A stretch of 64,000 bases of DNA from the human T2T-CHM13v2.0 reference genome, Homo sapiens (GCF_009914755.1 NC_060936.1); one strand, 5' to 3'; shown: positions 13,527 to 27,061, numbered from the stretch's first letter. Translations and numbers: made by a program. Notes: generated from the letters alone by a model not told the origin.

Positions 13527-15134
13527 ATGTGGATAGGAAGAATCAATATCATCAGAACGGCCATTCTGTCCAAAGTAATTTATACATTCAGTGCTATCCC
13601 GATCAAGCTACCATTGACTTTCTTCACAGAATTGGAAAAAACTACTTTAAATTTCATGTGGAACCAAAAGAGCCCACATAGCCAAAACAATCCTAAGCAA
13701 AAAGAACAAAGCTGGAGGCATCATGCTACCTGACTTCAAACTATACTACAAGCCTACAGTAACAAAAACAGCATGGTACTGGTACCAAAACAGATATATA
13801 GACCAATGGAACAGAACAGAGGCCTCAGAAATAACACCACACATCTACAACCATCTGATATTTGACAAACCTGACAAAAATCAAGCAATGGGGAAAGGAT
13901 TCCCTATTTAATAAATGGTGTTGGGAAAAGTGGCTAGCCATATGCAGAAAGCTGAAACTGGATCCCTTCCTTACACCTTATACAAAAATTAACTCAAGAT
14001 GGCTTAACGACTTAAATGTAAGACCAAAAACCATAAAAACCCTAGAAGAAAACCTAGGCAATACCACTCAGAACATAGGCATGGGCAAAGACTTCATGAC
14101 TAAAACACCAAAAGCCAAAATTGACAAATGGGATCTGATTAAACTAAAGAGCTTCTGCACAGCAAAATAAACTATCATCAGAGTGAACTGGCAACCTACA
14201 GAATGGGGAAAATTTTGGCAATCTGTCCATCTGACAAAGGCCTAATATCCAGAATCTACAAAGCACTTAAATTTACAAGAAAACAAACAACACCATCAAA
14301 AAGTGGGTGAAGGATATGAACAGACACTTATTAAAAGAAGACATTTATGCAGCCAACAAACTTATGAAAAAAAGCTCATCATCACTGGTCATTAGAGAAA
14401 TGCAAATCAAAACCACAATGAGATACCATCTCATGCCAGTTAGAATGGTGATTATTAAAAAGTCAGGAAACAACAGATGCTGGAGAGGATGTGGAGAAAT
14501 AGGAAGGCTTTTACACTGTTGGTGGGAGTGTAAATTAGTTCAACCACTGTGGAAGACAGTGTGGCAATTCCTCAAGGATCTAGAACTAGAAATACCATTT
14601 GACCCAGCAATCCCATTACTGGGTATATACCCAAAGGATTATAAATCTTTCTACTATAAAGACACATGCACACCTATGTTTATTGTGGCACTGTTCACAA
14701 TAGCAAAGACTTGGAACTGACCCAAATGCCCATCAATGATAGACTGGATTAAGAACATGTGGCACATATATACCATGGAATACTATGCAGCCATAAAAAA
14801 GGATCAGTTCATGTCCTTTGCAGGGACATGGAAGAAGCTGGAAACCATCATTCGCAGCAAACTAACACAAGCACAGAAAACCAAATATCACATGTTCTCA
14901 TTCATAAGTGGGAGTTGAGCAATGAGAACACACGGACACAGGGAGGGGAACATCACACACTGGGGCCTGTAAGGGGGTGGGGGGCTAGGGGAAGGATAGC
15001 ATTAGGAGAAATACCTAATGTAGATGACAGGTTGATGGGTGCAGCAAACCACCATGGCATGTGTATATCTATGTAACAAACCCGCACATTCTGCACATGT
15101 ACCCTAGAACTTAAAGTATTAAAAAAAAAAAAAA
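13527..15134 (+). mobile_element. 5'-truncated L1PA (about L1PA7-8): frameshifted ORF2 C-terminus, 3'UTR and poly(A)
   Basis: ORFs 13527..14918 are L1 ORF2 fragments ([18 protein letters not shown]...HCWWEC); poly(A) at 15121-15134. Confidence 0.96.
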
Positions 15135-17474
15135 GCCGCTCACATGGAGGTGCCAGTAGTGCCAAGTGGAAGGGCAGAAGTGGAGTGGCTGCTTGTCTAG
15201 GCCATCTGTAACCTGGGGAAACTCATCTTGGAGCATGGGTGTATTGGATAACGTGTGATTTCAGGGCATTTCCAACTGAGAGTTGAAGTTGCATTATAAA
15301 GACTTTCTTCAAAAGGAGCTGGAGAACTGCTGTGCTTCCCAATACCAAATTCCTTTTTGCCCCATTCCAAGGCAATGCTACCACAGCTGCCTAGCGGAAA
15401 TGCCCCTTACTACTGCATAAACTGTCTGGCTCACACAGAGTCCCAGCATGACAATTACATAATTGTGTTAAAAGCCCCTTTTTGATTACCTGGGTTTGAG
15501 AGGTGAGATTGAAATTCCAAGAGGAGATTCTGAAATGTTGGGGCAAGGTAACAGGGTGAAGCAGTCAAGAGAGAAATAAGTCCTGACAACTGTGATTACT
15601 GGAGAATGAAATAATTCTTGCTCCACATAGAGCAGGTCCTGAATGAATGAATGGCTGAATGGTACAGGTCTTTTTCAAACTAATCTCATGATGTGAGGTC
15701 TTAGTGTCCATTGATTTCTTCCTGTGTGTGTGTGTTGATCGTTCTCATGCCCTTTGCCTGGTGGATCCTGCCTGCCCTTGACTACAGGTATTCTGAGGAT
15801 CGATACATTTGTGACCATGCCAGACCCTGTGCTTGCAGATGTCCACCATAACCTGAAAAATGTACTTATGGTTGTCAGACCACAGGGATATTTAAGAAAT
15901 CAAGCTATTCTGCCCACACTGTTTGGACTCCAAATTATCCCAAATTATGTCAGACCCGGGGGTGACCTTCTATATCAGGGGCCAAGTTGCACCAGGTAAT
16001 GGTGCTCTGGGAGCACCCTGTCTGGTGCTGAGAACTGGCATTGACTTTGACTCTGCCTCCATCTCCACTTGATGCCTTCTCAGCCTTCTTGCCTCAGCAT
16101 CAGAGGGTTAAAACAATTCCTCTAGCAGCAGCCTCTCCTCATTAGCAACCTGGAATCATTGCAGTGCTGAAGGCTGCATTGTTCTTCAGCACTTGAATAC
16201 AATTTGCATAACGAGGCAGGTGAGAGCGCCTCTTGCCTGTTCAGGCAGCCCTGATTGGCAGAGAGAAAGGGATTTATAGGTAGTTGGCCACAATTAATTT
16301 GGTGTGCTTTTAAAAGGATAAAAAGAAAAGCAGAAAATTGCTCAGTGCTCCAAGTCAAAACCACATCTGTACCCTATGTGGTGTATGTGCTGGTGTGTTT
16401 GCAGGGATGGGTGGGTGTGTCATGTAAAGGCATGTGAGTTAATAACCTTGTGTGTTCAAGTGCATTTTTTTTCTGTAAGAAAAAAAAAAAAGGCTCACTT
16501 CCCAGAGGTTCCTGAACCCCAGAGGTCCTCAGCTGCAGAGTCCTTCATGACACAATGCTGTTAGCCATCTTGTTCAATTTGTATTTGAGGCCACTCACAG
16601 ACATCATTAGAAATCACAGTATTCTTTCTTCAGTACCAGGATAACACCCAGCTCAACATCTCTTTTGTACCCAGTCCAAAAAAGGTGGAGTCCCAGCTGC
16701 CTCAGGGTCTGTTGGCAATCAGTTCTTGCAAGAAACACAGCTGGCTAATACTTTACTCAGAAAACTGTGGTGCTAGTGATAAGCTGGGAGATGTGTAGAG
16801 GAGTTTCACAGAATTAAGCATTTAGGAAATTAATACCAAGGTGGTTTATAGCCTTAAGCTACTCATGGTCTTCTTGTCACAAGTACTTCAGAAACTAAAC
16901 ACTGCTCTTGCTCTATTTCCCTTCTGAGATGAGGATGGAGGGGTGAAGTAGGGTGTCCTTCCCTCCACTCCATTTCTTCCCTCTCTGCCTTTTCTACTTT
17001 TCCCATAAAGGGAAGGTTGCTGAGAGTGGGATCTTTTCCTTTGTAGCTGGATTAAGTAAACACACTGGTTACTGCCTAGCAGAGAGAAAACATGACACCC
17101 AATAATATTCGATGTCTTTTTGATTCATTCATCCAGTCAACTCTCATTATATAAGTGGTTCTTAAATGTGCAAGGGGCTGTATGTGCACAAATGAAGAAA
17201 ACAAACTTCGCTGGAAATACTGTTGGTTAGAATGAACAAGGTCTCTTCAAGGTTCCTGTGCACTCACAGCTGGATAATGAGTGGTCTCTGGCTGGAGTCC
17301 CATTATCACTCCTTTGAGAATCCAAGAAGCCAGGCCAGAGAAGGTCCCCAGGACAGAGGCTTTATTAGATTCTGTTGCCTCAGGCCAATGCCTCTAGAAG
17401 CATGCCCTACTTTCCTGTGTCCACACAAAGAAGACACAGGGCTCTGGTAGGCAGTACCACAGGGGCAGATGCAG

Positions 17475-18340
17475 GCTGTGGGGTCAGCTCTCTGGATCAA
17501 ATCCTGGAACCCTCACTTTCTAGTTGTGTGACTTAGGTGAATTTGCTTAATCCTTAGATGACTCTCCTCATCTGTAAAACGATGTTAATAATGGTGATCT
17601 CAAAGGGTGGACATAAAGATTAAAAGTAGTGAGGCAGGAGAATAGGGTCTGGAGGAAGGGAACTTAAGGCTGAATCAAGGAAAAACATCAAGGTCTGGAG
17701 GCACGGAATCTAAGGCCAATTTGCACTGACTTCCCAAAGCTGGATCAAAAAGAAAAAACCTGCGCCTGGGGGCAGGGAACCTAAAGCCAATTAACGCAAA
17801 CTTCCTGAAGCTAAACCGAAAGGAAAAACCCCATCTCCCATTCCCAGTAGCAAAGGATCAAAGGCTATTCTCCCTACCAACCTCCTCCTTCCACCAAGTC
17901 TCAGATGGAAAAGGGAGAGTGCCTTGGATTGGCCCTGGGCCAAGCGGGGACCATCCCTTTATCTGCATAGGGCACCAATTCACCTCAGTCTTTAGTTAGC
18001 CACAGACCAAATCCTTCATCCAGACAAGGGGTAGCCAATAGGAACCTCAAATGGGGTGCTTAAAACCCAGAAAACTTTGTAACCAGGCCCTTGAGCCACT
18101 TGCTTGGGCCCACTCCCACCAGGCAGAGTGCTTTCTCGCTTTCATAAATTCCTGCTTTTGCTGCTTGGTTCCTGTGTTTCATTACTCGGTTACTTTGTGT
18201 GCTTTGTTCAGTTCTTTGTTCAAAATACCAAGGACCTGGACAACTTCTGGTCAAGACCCTCCATCGGTAACAGTAGAACCATATGTGAAGAGTTTAATAG
18301 TAGGCTTGGCACATAATATATGTTCATTACATAGTTCAAT
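17475..18340 (+). mobile_element. MIR split by the MER51 LTR
   Basis: MIR 5' part at 17475-17629 (ctcatctgtaaaacgatg) resumes after 18276 (ggcttggcacataat). Confidence 0.7.
17630..18272 (+). mobile_element. MER51-family ERV1 solo LTR
   Basis: Starts tgaggcaggagaatagggtctggagg, ends ggtaaca; 4-bp TSD GTAG; three internal ggtctggaggcagggaacctaaggcc-like repeats; CCAAT boxes. Confidence 0.88.
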
Positions 18341-20937
18341 AATAAGGGCAGAGAGAAATAGGCAGGTTTGGCCCCAGGAATCCCAGTGGCTATCATCTAG
18401 CCAAGAAATAAAACTCAACGTGATGCCAGCTCTTACAGATCCTGCATTCATTCTAGTTGTTCTCCTCCCACTCTAGGGTGGGGTGGAAGGCAGTGGTGTC
18501 AGGGAAAAGAGGAGCTGCAGAGGCAGGAAAGCACTTCCTTGGCTGGCACCGCAGTGGTCTGGCATTGCCACTCCCTAGGCATGGCAGATGTCCTCCTTGC
18601 CAGGCAAGTTCTGGGCTCCCCAGAGATGCTCTCAGGAAGAACATTGGACCAACCTCAGTGCAGCTGGTCACTCACATCAGTCCCTCCAGCTTTTCCACTG
18701 GACAGCACCCCTCCTGACTATATCTGTTGCAGTTGCCTTATCTTGGGAAGAAAGGCCTTTGGGCAGGGAGCCTTGAAAAACACCTCCCTCGACCTCAGGC
18801 CCAGACTGACTCCCTCCTTCCCATATGGCCTCATCTGGTCTTGAGAAACAGATCTATCTGGCCATTGTGGGGAGTATGGCCCACCAGCCAGGGACCAGTT
18901 CTCACCAAGACCTGTCACCTTCAGTCTTCTCAGGTATGGGTCAAATGCCAGCCCTTCTCCATTCTAACTGCAGGGGGTGGATACCAAGCTCTCTAGATGA
19001 CACCCTCAAAGCAGCTTCAGTAGGTTAAAAAGTACAGAAAAAAGAATTCCACAGCCTTCCAACAGCTACCCCACCCCCTCCACCACCCCAAAGTAGTTTT
19101 CTCTCACAATCCTTTTCTTACTTTTGATTTCCTGGCTACCTCCTTGGCAGAGTAGTGCCACACAGGTGGGAGCTTTTGGCACCTGTACTTTTATTTCCAG
19201 CTGGTTGGAGAGAGTCCTACTTGGTTTGAAAGGGTTCTCCAGATAATTTTGATATCAATGAACTGTTCTACCCCACCACTTCCCTGGCAGCTACTCCTTC
19301 CTGTGCACTCCCAAACAGAAACAACTTCTGGTACTGACTAGCCATGTGCTTTTTAAAGTGAGGACCCGAGGTCTTGAGCCTCCTCCTCCTGACTTCCTCC
19401 TGGAGTGATGGCTGACAATCCAAGCTGCTCCGTGCTGAGGGAGTCGGCTTGCCTGCTCGTTTTCTTCTCTCCACTCTGGCCATTCTCAGGATCATGTTGG
19501 CCTGAAGCCAATGCTCCTGATGCTCTCGATCAAAGCCATCACCTGAGTGGCACTGGAGTAAAATAGGAGAGGAAACATCCGAGACTATAGTGTTTTCAGA
19601 GTGTCAGCCACTTGGTCTTTAAATGGCTCTCTGTGACCCATGCTGGACAGGAAATCTCGATGTGGAATCGTAAACTAAATGGTTGGGCTTCCCTAGCCTC
19701 AGGGAGTCTCAGGCCCCCATCAGCCCTAGCATATGCCCAGCTAGGCCGAAAGGTTCCAAAAATATAGCAGGCTGCACACCTTTTCCACTCTTGCCACCAT
19801 TACAGCTGGAGGCAACAAGGCTGAAACACAAAAGCCCAGAGCAGCCCTGGCCACAATTTCATTGTGAATATAATTCTGACATCTTTAAAACCTGACTCAT
19901 TCTAGGCTTGATGCTTTTGGCCACATATAAATTTCCATGCTGCATTAATTTGTCTCAAAGGACTCGAACTTAGTTGTTCAGAAGTGAAACATTAATTCTT
20001 AATAAATTCTCAACCCACAACCCACAATTTAGTGAACTTATAAAAGATTAGCCCTCCCCGTACTAAAACATTGATAATTTTTTTGTTTTTAATCAGAAAA
20101 GAATGTTGGGGAACTCTCCTATTTTATGTAACTAAACTTTGGAACAAAGCAACTGCCTTCAACAGTTAGCTAAATAGAATAGCTCTCTTATAGAAACAGA
20201 GACTAGGCTGTAAATAGATTTGAAATTTGGTGGGAATCCTCAGAGCCACCTGCTCCTCCCCACCTGGGAGAGTCAGTCTGACTGGGAGAGGCCACATAGG
20301 GAAGCTATAGACAAATTCAATGATTCCAACAGTTAAAAGAAGTGCTCGCTAGCCTCTCCCACATCCAGAACATTCCAAATCTGAAAGGACAACATCCCAT
20401 GCTGTGTACTTTGATTTTTGTTAATTAAAATTGTTTGTTGCCTATTTTTGGCTTTAATTTTGGGCCTAGTTCAATTCAATGCAGGTGACAAAACTGTGAA
20501 TTCAGACTCATGCTAGTTTGCATAGTTGCATTAAAAAGTCGTAGTTCCAGGAAGCCTCTGGTCCTCTAATATCTTGCATAGGGATACCTTTCTAAGAAGG
20601 GTAATAAAGAGCAGATCCAGGACAGCGTTGGCTTCTGATTACCTCCCTCCCTCCCTTCCTTCCTTCCTCTTTCCCCTCATACTCTCTCCATCTGTCTCCT
20701 TCCTTCTCCTTCCTTCATTTCATTTTTGTGTTTCACAAAAAGATGAGTCTACTAATATCAGCAGAATGAGACAAAGCCAAATTCTTTACCCAGGTAAGAA
20801 AGACAAACTTTCTGATATCTATTTAGTAAGTCTTCTACGCACATGGGAAACCTGTGTTCCTTGTGCAGCTTTGTGAGTGCTAAGTTACTATTTATCCAGT
20901 TATCTTGGTACCTTTATGTAGTCTTGGAGGGTAGGGA

Positions 20938-20966
20938 TGTGTGTGTGCGTGTGTGTGTGTGTGTGT
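20938..20966. repeat. (TG)n microsatellite
   Basis: Seen directly, one C interruption. Confidence 0.95.
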
Positions 20967-21598
20967 ACATTTCTGTGTAACAAGGAGGATAAGGCTACAA
21001 GAAGAGAGAGGACACCTGTTTGCTTTTGATGAGAAAAGAGTTCCCTGTGCCTGATGATCAAATAAAGTATCTTCCAGTTCTCTGATTTAAACAACATGGC
21101 ACAGTCTAGAATATGAGAAGAGTGCATTAGTGTTTTTCTGCACAAAGGAATTGTGAAAATGATACATCTCACAGAAACATGTCCTCAATTCCCTTCGATA
21201 AGGACATCACTACTAAAAGGCCTCGTAGAAGGTAGTGGGGAAGTGTGCACATAAGCAGTGTAGTACGTATTGTGAGAAACTAACATTAATCTGGCTCAAG
21301 GACACAGCAAAAGGGAGCACACAATGACACTCAGGTTTTGTAATGTCTCCCTAAAATTAACCAGCTAGGAGAAGACTGCCTATAAAGCATGTCTCTGCAA
21401 AGCTTCAGTGCAAACTGGATCCATTCTTCCAGGCAAAGGAGAGGGGAACTGAATCTGATCCCACTGCAAGAAATACTCACTTTGAAAGGATGGGGCTGGG
21501 AGACTGACAATGCAAATCGGGACAAAGAGGAGAAGCACTGAAGTCTAAAGGATGCAATGAGCTCAAAGTGCAGATTACAGAAGAAGTTGTGAAGGCCT

Positions 21599-22060
21599 TG
21601 TATTAGGTCCCTGTGGCAGCCATAAAAAATAGCCACGAACAGAAGCTTATTCTCACATAGTTCTGAAGGCCAGAAGTTCCAAAACAAGGTGTTAGCTGGG
21701 CAGTGCTTCTTCCAAAGGTTCTAGGGGAGAATCCATATCTTGCCTCTTTCGGCTTCTGGTGGCTCCATGTCTTCCTGTGGCTGCATCACTCCTGTGTCTG
21801 CTTCCATCTTCATATGGTCTTCTCATCTGTGTGTTTTCTCCCCTTCTGTGTCAAATCTGTGTCTGCCTTTTTCTTATAAGAACAATTGTCTTTGGATTTA
21901 GTGTCTACCTGGATAGTCCAGGATGATCTCATTTTGAGATCTTTAACTTAATTACATTTGCAAAGATTTTTTTTTTTTTTCTAAACAAGGTCAATGTTTG
22001 TAGGTTCTAGGGGTTAGGATGTGGCTATATCTTTGGGAGGATACAATTCAACCCACTTCA
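21599..22060 (-). mobile_element. MLT1B/C MaLR LTR
   Basis: tgtattag...ttctgaaggccagaagt...aaggtgttagc...acaattcaacccacttca; near-TSD ggcct/ggccc. Confidence 0.85.
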
Positions 22061-24254
22061 GGCCCCAACAAGGTAGTAGAGCTTAGAGGTGAGGAATACA
22101 GTGTTAGAAGTCATAGGAAGGCAAGAAGCAGGTGGTCGTTCAAGGGAAAGAGGGTCGTTCAAGGGGAAGGGGACCACAAAAGGGGAAGGAGTAAAAGGCA
22201 ACTGTGAAGCCTTGCTAGGAACCCAGTCATCAACTCCGGGTCATCTGCCCCTCAGGACTTGGAGGGTGACCCACTACTAAGCCACAGGATGTTGAACTGA
22301 AGTTAAGGATCTCTTGTCTCAGTAAAGATGGATTCAGGAATTAGGACTTGGGGGATACCTGTTGGGGCATATAGCAGACCCATTCTTAAATAATGCCAGA
22401 TAAGAAGTGGGGGTAGCCAACCCTGATGGACAGACCTGGGGCTAGCCAAGCCCCAGGGATCTGTTCTGGACCCATTTGGATGGAGGTCACCCTGGCAGGA
22501 ATGAAGGAGGCTCAGCGCTTGGGACAGCAGTCCATGGAAAGGGCCAGACTGGCTCTGCCAATTAAGAGAACAAAAGGCAAGTGTCCTCCCCCCTCTCATG
22601 TGCATTCTGTACCTCAGACACTCCCAGGATTTGGGGAGTTTTACATTTTTCAGATCTGCTCTTGATCAGTAGCTCCAAGAAGAATAGTTGCCTGACAGGC
22701 CAAGAGGACTCCCATGCATGAATCATACCCTTACATTTTGCTCAGCTACCTAGAGGTCCAACCCAGGCCCTCATTACTAGCTCCCTGGCTAGTTGGTCAT
22801 GACTGCTACTTTCTCAATTAAGTTATTTTTAGCCCAGTATTCCATGGTCTGAGCGAGATGATCTGGGCCAGGAAAAGGGTGTGACAGATCGGGCTGGAGG
22901 TTGGCTGTCTCCTGCTGGCTTCCAGCCTAAAGTTAATAGGGCAGGAAAATAAATTTGTGCAGTGGAAAGCATGGCCCCATTTCCTCACACATGCTCAACA
23001 ACCACTCAACATTTCAGGGTAGTTGTGGAGTAAATTTGCTTATCACCAGGCTGATTTGTTCCAGAACGCATATTTATTTACTTGCCTGCATATTGATTTA
23101 AAAGTCATGCCCTTCCTATATCCCAAAAGAATATGAAGTGACTTCCAGACCCCCATGGGACTTCTTGGAAACCCAGAAGACTCATTATTCATTTAGGTGT
23201 TACGTGGCCATCCTGATTGTACCTCCAGTGTTGCAGGCAAAGATAGCTACCCTCATTAAGCAGATGAGCACATTTTTGACATTTGAAAGTTAATCAAACT
23301 CCTCTACTTCCTTGAGGAGAAGAGCTGCAAAATATATTTCAGGCATGTGTCACAATGGTGGTAGGAACGTGTGAAATCGTTTGCAGCCAGATACCCTGGA
23401 GAGCCCAATGGTCAAACAGCAAACTTCTGTGACTTTAGCAGCCTCCACCTCCCTGTGGGCTTCCTCCAATCTGACCCCAGACCCCACTGACCCCCTAACT
23501 GTCCCTTCTCACTCCTGGTGCCACCATTCTCCACCATCCAACAGTAGCTTAAAGCTAAGGGTCACTCTATACACAGGCTAAAGTCAATTTGAGGGCCATT
23601 AGCCTGCCCAAGTACTGGAAATCACCATTCTTCTCTATTTAAAATAATGTCTCTAAAAGGCTTATTAAATAAAGTGCAAATGTTACAATACTATCTATCT
23701 AATTATTATGGCTCAATTAATTAGATAGCTACATGTTAGTAGGGGGAAAGGATCTAACTTGTTAGGCTTTGATTGATAAGGTAGATAGGAATGTAGGAAG
23801 AAAAGTGAATAACTGGAAAGAGCATCAAATAGCATCAGGGTCTAAACAGGGTGGCACACTGTTCAGGGGCTATAGTGAGCCAGGAACACCATAAGGGCAA
23901 ATTATTTAACCTCACCAAGCTTCAGTTGCCTCATCTACAAATAAAGATATTAATAGCACCATTATATAAGATAATCTATGAAATATATTTGGCATGATGC
24001 CTGGCTTGTAAGAGCTGAAAAAAATCTTACCTGGGAAGTTATCGCTGAAGTTATATTATTATTAATAATAATAACAATGATAATCATTATTAGTAGTAGT
24101 AATAGTAGTGGTGGTGTTAATGTGCCCTGTTAAGTGGAATCAAGGCATTACATTAAAGGATAGGGAATTAAATAGGAAAGTGGGGGCAGGGGTGTCAATT
24201 CCAGTCCTTATCTATGTCACAGCTTTCCCTGAGATTAGCTACAGGAGAAGCACC

Positions 24255-24455
24255 CTGGCAGAGTGATTTTGGAGCCAAATACACAGGGACTCAAATTTTG
24301 GCTCTGTCACTTGATAATGTATAACTTTGGGGAAGTTACTAGTTTTCCAGAGTCTCGGTGTTCCTATTTGTAAAATGAGAATAATCATACCTGTGTGAAG
24401 ACTATCCAAATAGCATACACAGAGCATACAAAATGTACCTAGTGCCCAGCAAATA
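24255..24455 (+). mobile_element. MIR
   Basis: ttggagccaaatacac...ggctctgtcact...ttcctatttgtaaaatgagaataatcatacct. Confidence 0.7.
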
Positions 24456-25683
24456 TGTCCCCCTCCCTCACTGGCCAAGCTCTTTTTCCTTCATACTATG
24501 GTTGGCAGACTGCAAAATGAGAAATCCATCTGGATGGGTGAGAAATATGAGAATGCATTGTGGGCTCTTTGTTAAGAGAAGAAAGATGTCACTAGCTCCC
24601 TTACACCCTCCTCCCACTGGGGGAGCTGATGGAACGTACAGTCGGGTTGCTGAATGTTCGAACTTGCACCCATATTTAGGTACAGCATGTAGTGGAATAA
24701 TTCTGAATTCACTGTAATGTGCTACCGCAAAATGGAAGCCTTCCAGTATAAAGGAGTACAAAAATAGGTTTTCATGGAAATTTAACTCTCGTTTTCTACC
24801 TTAACACAAATGAAATCTGAGTACATTTTTTTCTGCAATAAAGCTGAAGATAACTTTTTAAAAAGCTATAAATCGAATGGCTACAAATATCTTTCCATCA
24901 TCGCTCCAAGATATTTATCACTTGATGTGAGTTATATGGAAGATACATCATCTGTAATAGTCAAAACAAGTTTAGGAACCCTTCTCCATTTTAAATGTTA
25001 CTTCCTTGATGAAAATCTAATCACATTGGAAAATAATCTTCAAAATCATCTCATTTCTTTTCTCAACATTATTGTTTGAATGTCTTTATTCTTTTTCTAA
25101 ATTCACAGAATATACTTCCTCTCATGCATTACCATACCCTGTCCCAATAATTTGTTTTCTTTAGGTGTTAGACTGTAAGTAAGTAAGACTATAAGAATTT
25201 TAACATTTTAAGTATATTTTCAGGAAACTCTCTTTCTGATTTATATAACTGTCCATGACACTGATATGCAGTCATTAGTTACTTAAATGTTTTTTATAAT
25301 TATGTAAATCATGTTGACAGATTCTGGTAGGGTGCTTACACTTTACTGTTTTGTCATCTGCAAAGTTCTGAAATGTATCAGAAAACCATTTACAAAGTAA
25401 ACAGCTGTTAAGGGGCACTTGCTGACTTGTTGCTTTCTTTGCCTGTGATTCTGGGTCCGTTGTTTTTGCCAGGGGCTCTTAAGTAAATACAACCTCTCTT
25501 CCTCTCTCCCCACAGACTCTTTTTTTTTTTTGTCTTAATGATGAACAACTTATGGTCATTGACTTTGTGGAGTTCAGGGTCAGACAGAGGAATAGGTGGT
25601 CAGGTATTGGCCTATAGATTATTGTAATAGAATGCGGAAGATACGTGTTATAATAAAGATTTGAATAGTTGCCATAATAGAGC

Positions 25684-25739
25684 ACTAATTTCCCAGATGA
25701 GCTAGGGAAATGACTAATTTCCCAGATGAGCTAGGGAAA
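25684..25739. repeat. perfect 27-bp tandem duplication (29-bp period)
   Basis: actaatttcccagatgagctagggaaa x2, separated by tg. Confidence 0.95.
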
Positions 25740-25965
25740 GCTCCACAAATAAAGGGATCTCTAATCTAGGTTTTGAAGTTTCAGTAGGAGTTTGATGAGT
25801 GAAAAAGTGGGGAAAAAAGCCTCCCGGGCAGATGCATAGATAGAGGTATGGTTGAAAAAGATGAACAGTTGTGGATACCCAGGATATCAGATGCAGGAAC
25901 CCAAGCATTGGCCAATGAGACTGCAGAGCTGGGGTCACAGTGGAAATTATTTGCAAAGGTCTTGA

Positions 25966-25968
<3 letters not shown>

Positions 25969-26046
<78 letters not shown>
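25969..26046. repeat. compound (TC)n-(AC)n microsatellite
   Basis: Seen directly. Confidence 0.97.
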
Positions 26047-26048
<2 letters not shown>

Positions 26049-26359
26049 GTCTTCATTCTATAAAACAAACTGATGGGATCCAACTTTTAGAACATAATGA
26101 ACACGGTATGGAGGACAGACATGTGCATATCCTGTCCGCTTTAAGAAGCCTAGAAATGGTACTTATTTCAAAATCATGGAAAAGAAAACTATCTTCCTCC
26201 ATCTCAGTTATGCTTAGTTCAAACAGAAAAACATTCAGTTGTTACTGCGTGGCCCATGAGGGTAAGAGAAAGATAAGTGCAGTATGCCAAGTAATTTTTG
26301 AGACATTTGAAGGAAGCATTTTGATACCCATGCAGATCCTCCACTTAACAGCCAAGAAG

Positions 26360-26612
26360 GTCTGTGACCCACCTCATCTCTGCCATATTGATGCACGGTG
26401 ACATGATCTCACCATACAGTGCTATAACCATGCATAGGACATGATACACTACACCCCTGCCATGTCATGCATGGTGACATGGCCCTGCTATACTCTGTGT
26501 GGTACATAGTCTACTACCTCTCTGCCACAGCCTCATGTGAAGACATGGTCTGCCATACCTCTGACAAGTCTACACATGGGGCATGGCCCATCAAGTTTCT
26601 GCAACATCCATG
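26360..26612. repeat. degenerate minisatellite, about 6-7 units of ~27-39 bp, approximate consensus ACATGGTCTGCCATACCTCTGCCATGTCATGCATGGTG
   Basis: Recurring ACATG-(g/a)tc...ctctgcca...catg units aligned by eye. Confidence 0.65.
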
Positions 26613-26623
26613 TTTTAGGGTGG

Positions 26624-27061
26624 TGCGTTAGTGCATTTTATGTTGCTATAGAGGAATACCTGAGACTAGGTAATTTATAAAGAAAAAGAAAGATTCAGTT
26701 GGCTCACAATTCTGATGTCTGGAAAAGTTGAAGTTTGGGCATATGGTGACATCCTCAGGCTGCTTCCACTCATGGTGGAAGGGGCAGGGGAGCCAGCATG
26801 TGCGGAGATCATATGGCAAGAGAGGAAGCAAGAGAGAGGGGAGGTGCCAGACTCTTTTTAACAATCAGCTGTTGGGGGAATTCTCATGGGAACTAAAAAA
26901 GCAAAAACTCACTCAGTCCCACCCCTCCCAAGGGAGCCACTAATCTGTTCATGAGAGATCCACCCCCGTGACCCAAACACTGGCCATTAGGCCCCACCTT
27001 CAACACTGGGGATCAAATTTCAACATGAGATTTAAAGGGATCAGACATCCAAACAATAGGA
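26624..27061 (-). mobile_element. MST (MaLR) solo LTR
   Basis: tgcgttag...gaatacctgagactaggtaatttataaag...catccaaacaatagga; TSD GGTGG (26619-26623 and 27062-27066). Confidence 0.9.

Noticed and set aside
22134-22171. 19-bp tandem duplication ggtcgttcaaggg...
   Set aside because: Ordinary slippage duplication with no further signal.
26398-26590. p53 response elements or a CRISPR-like array in the CATG-rich repeat
   Set aside because: Half-sites violate RRRCWWGYYY and are unpaired; the units are degenerate tandem repeats without repeat-spacer architecture, in a mammalian intron.
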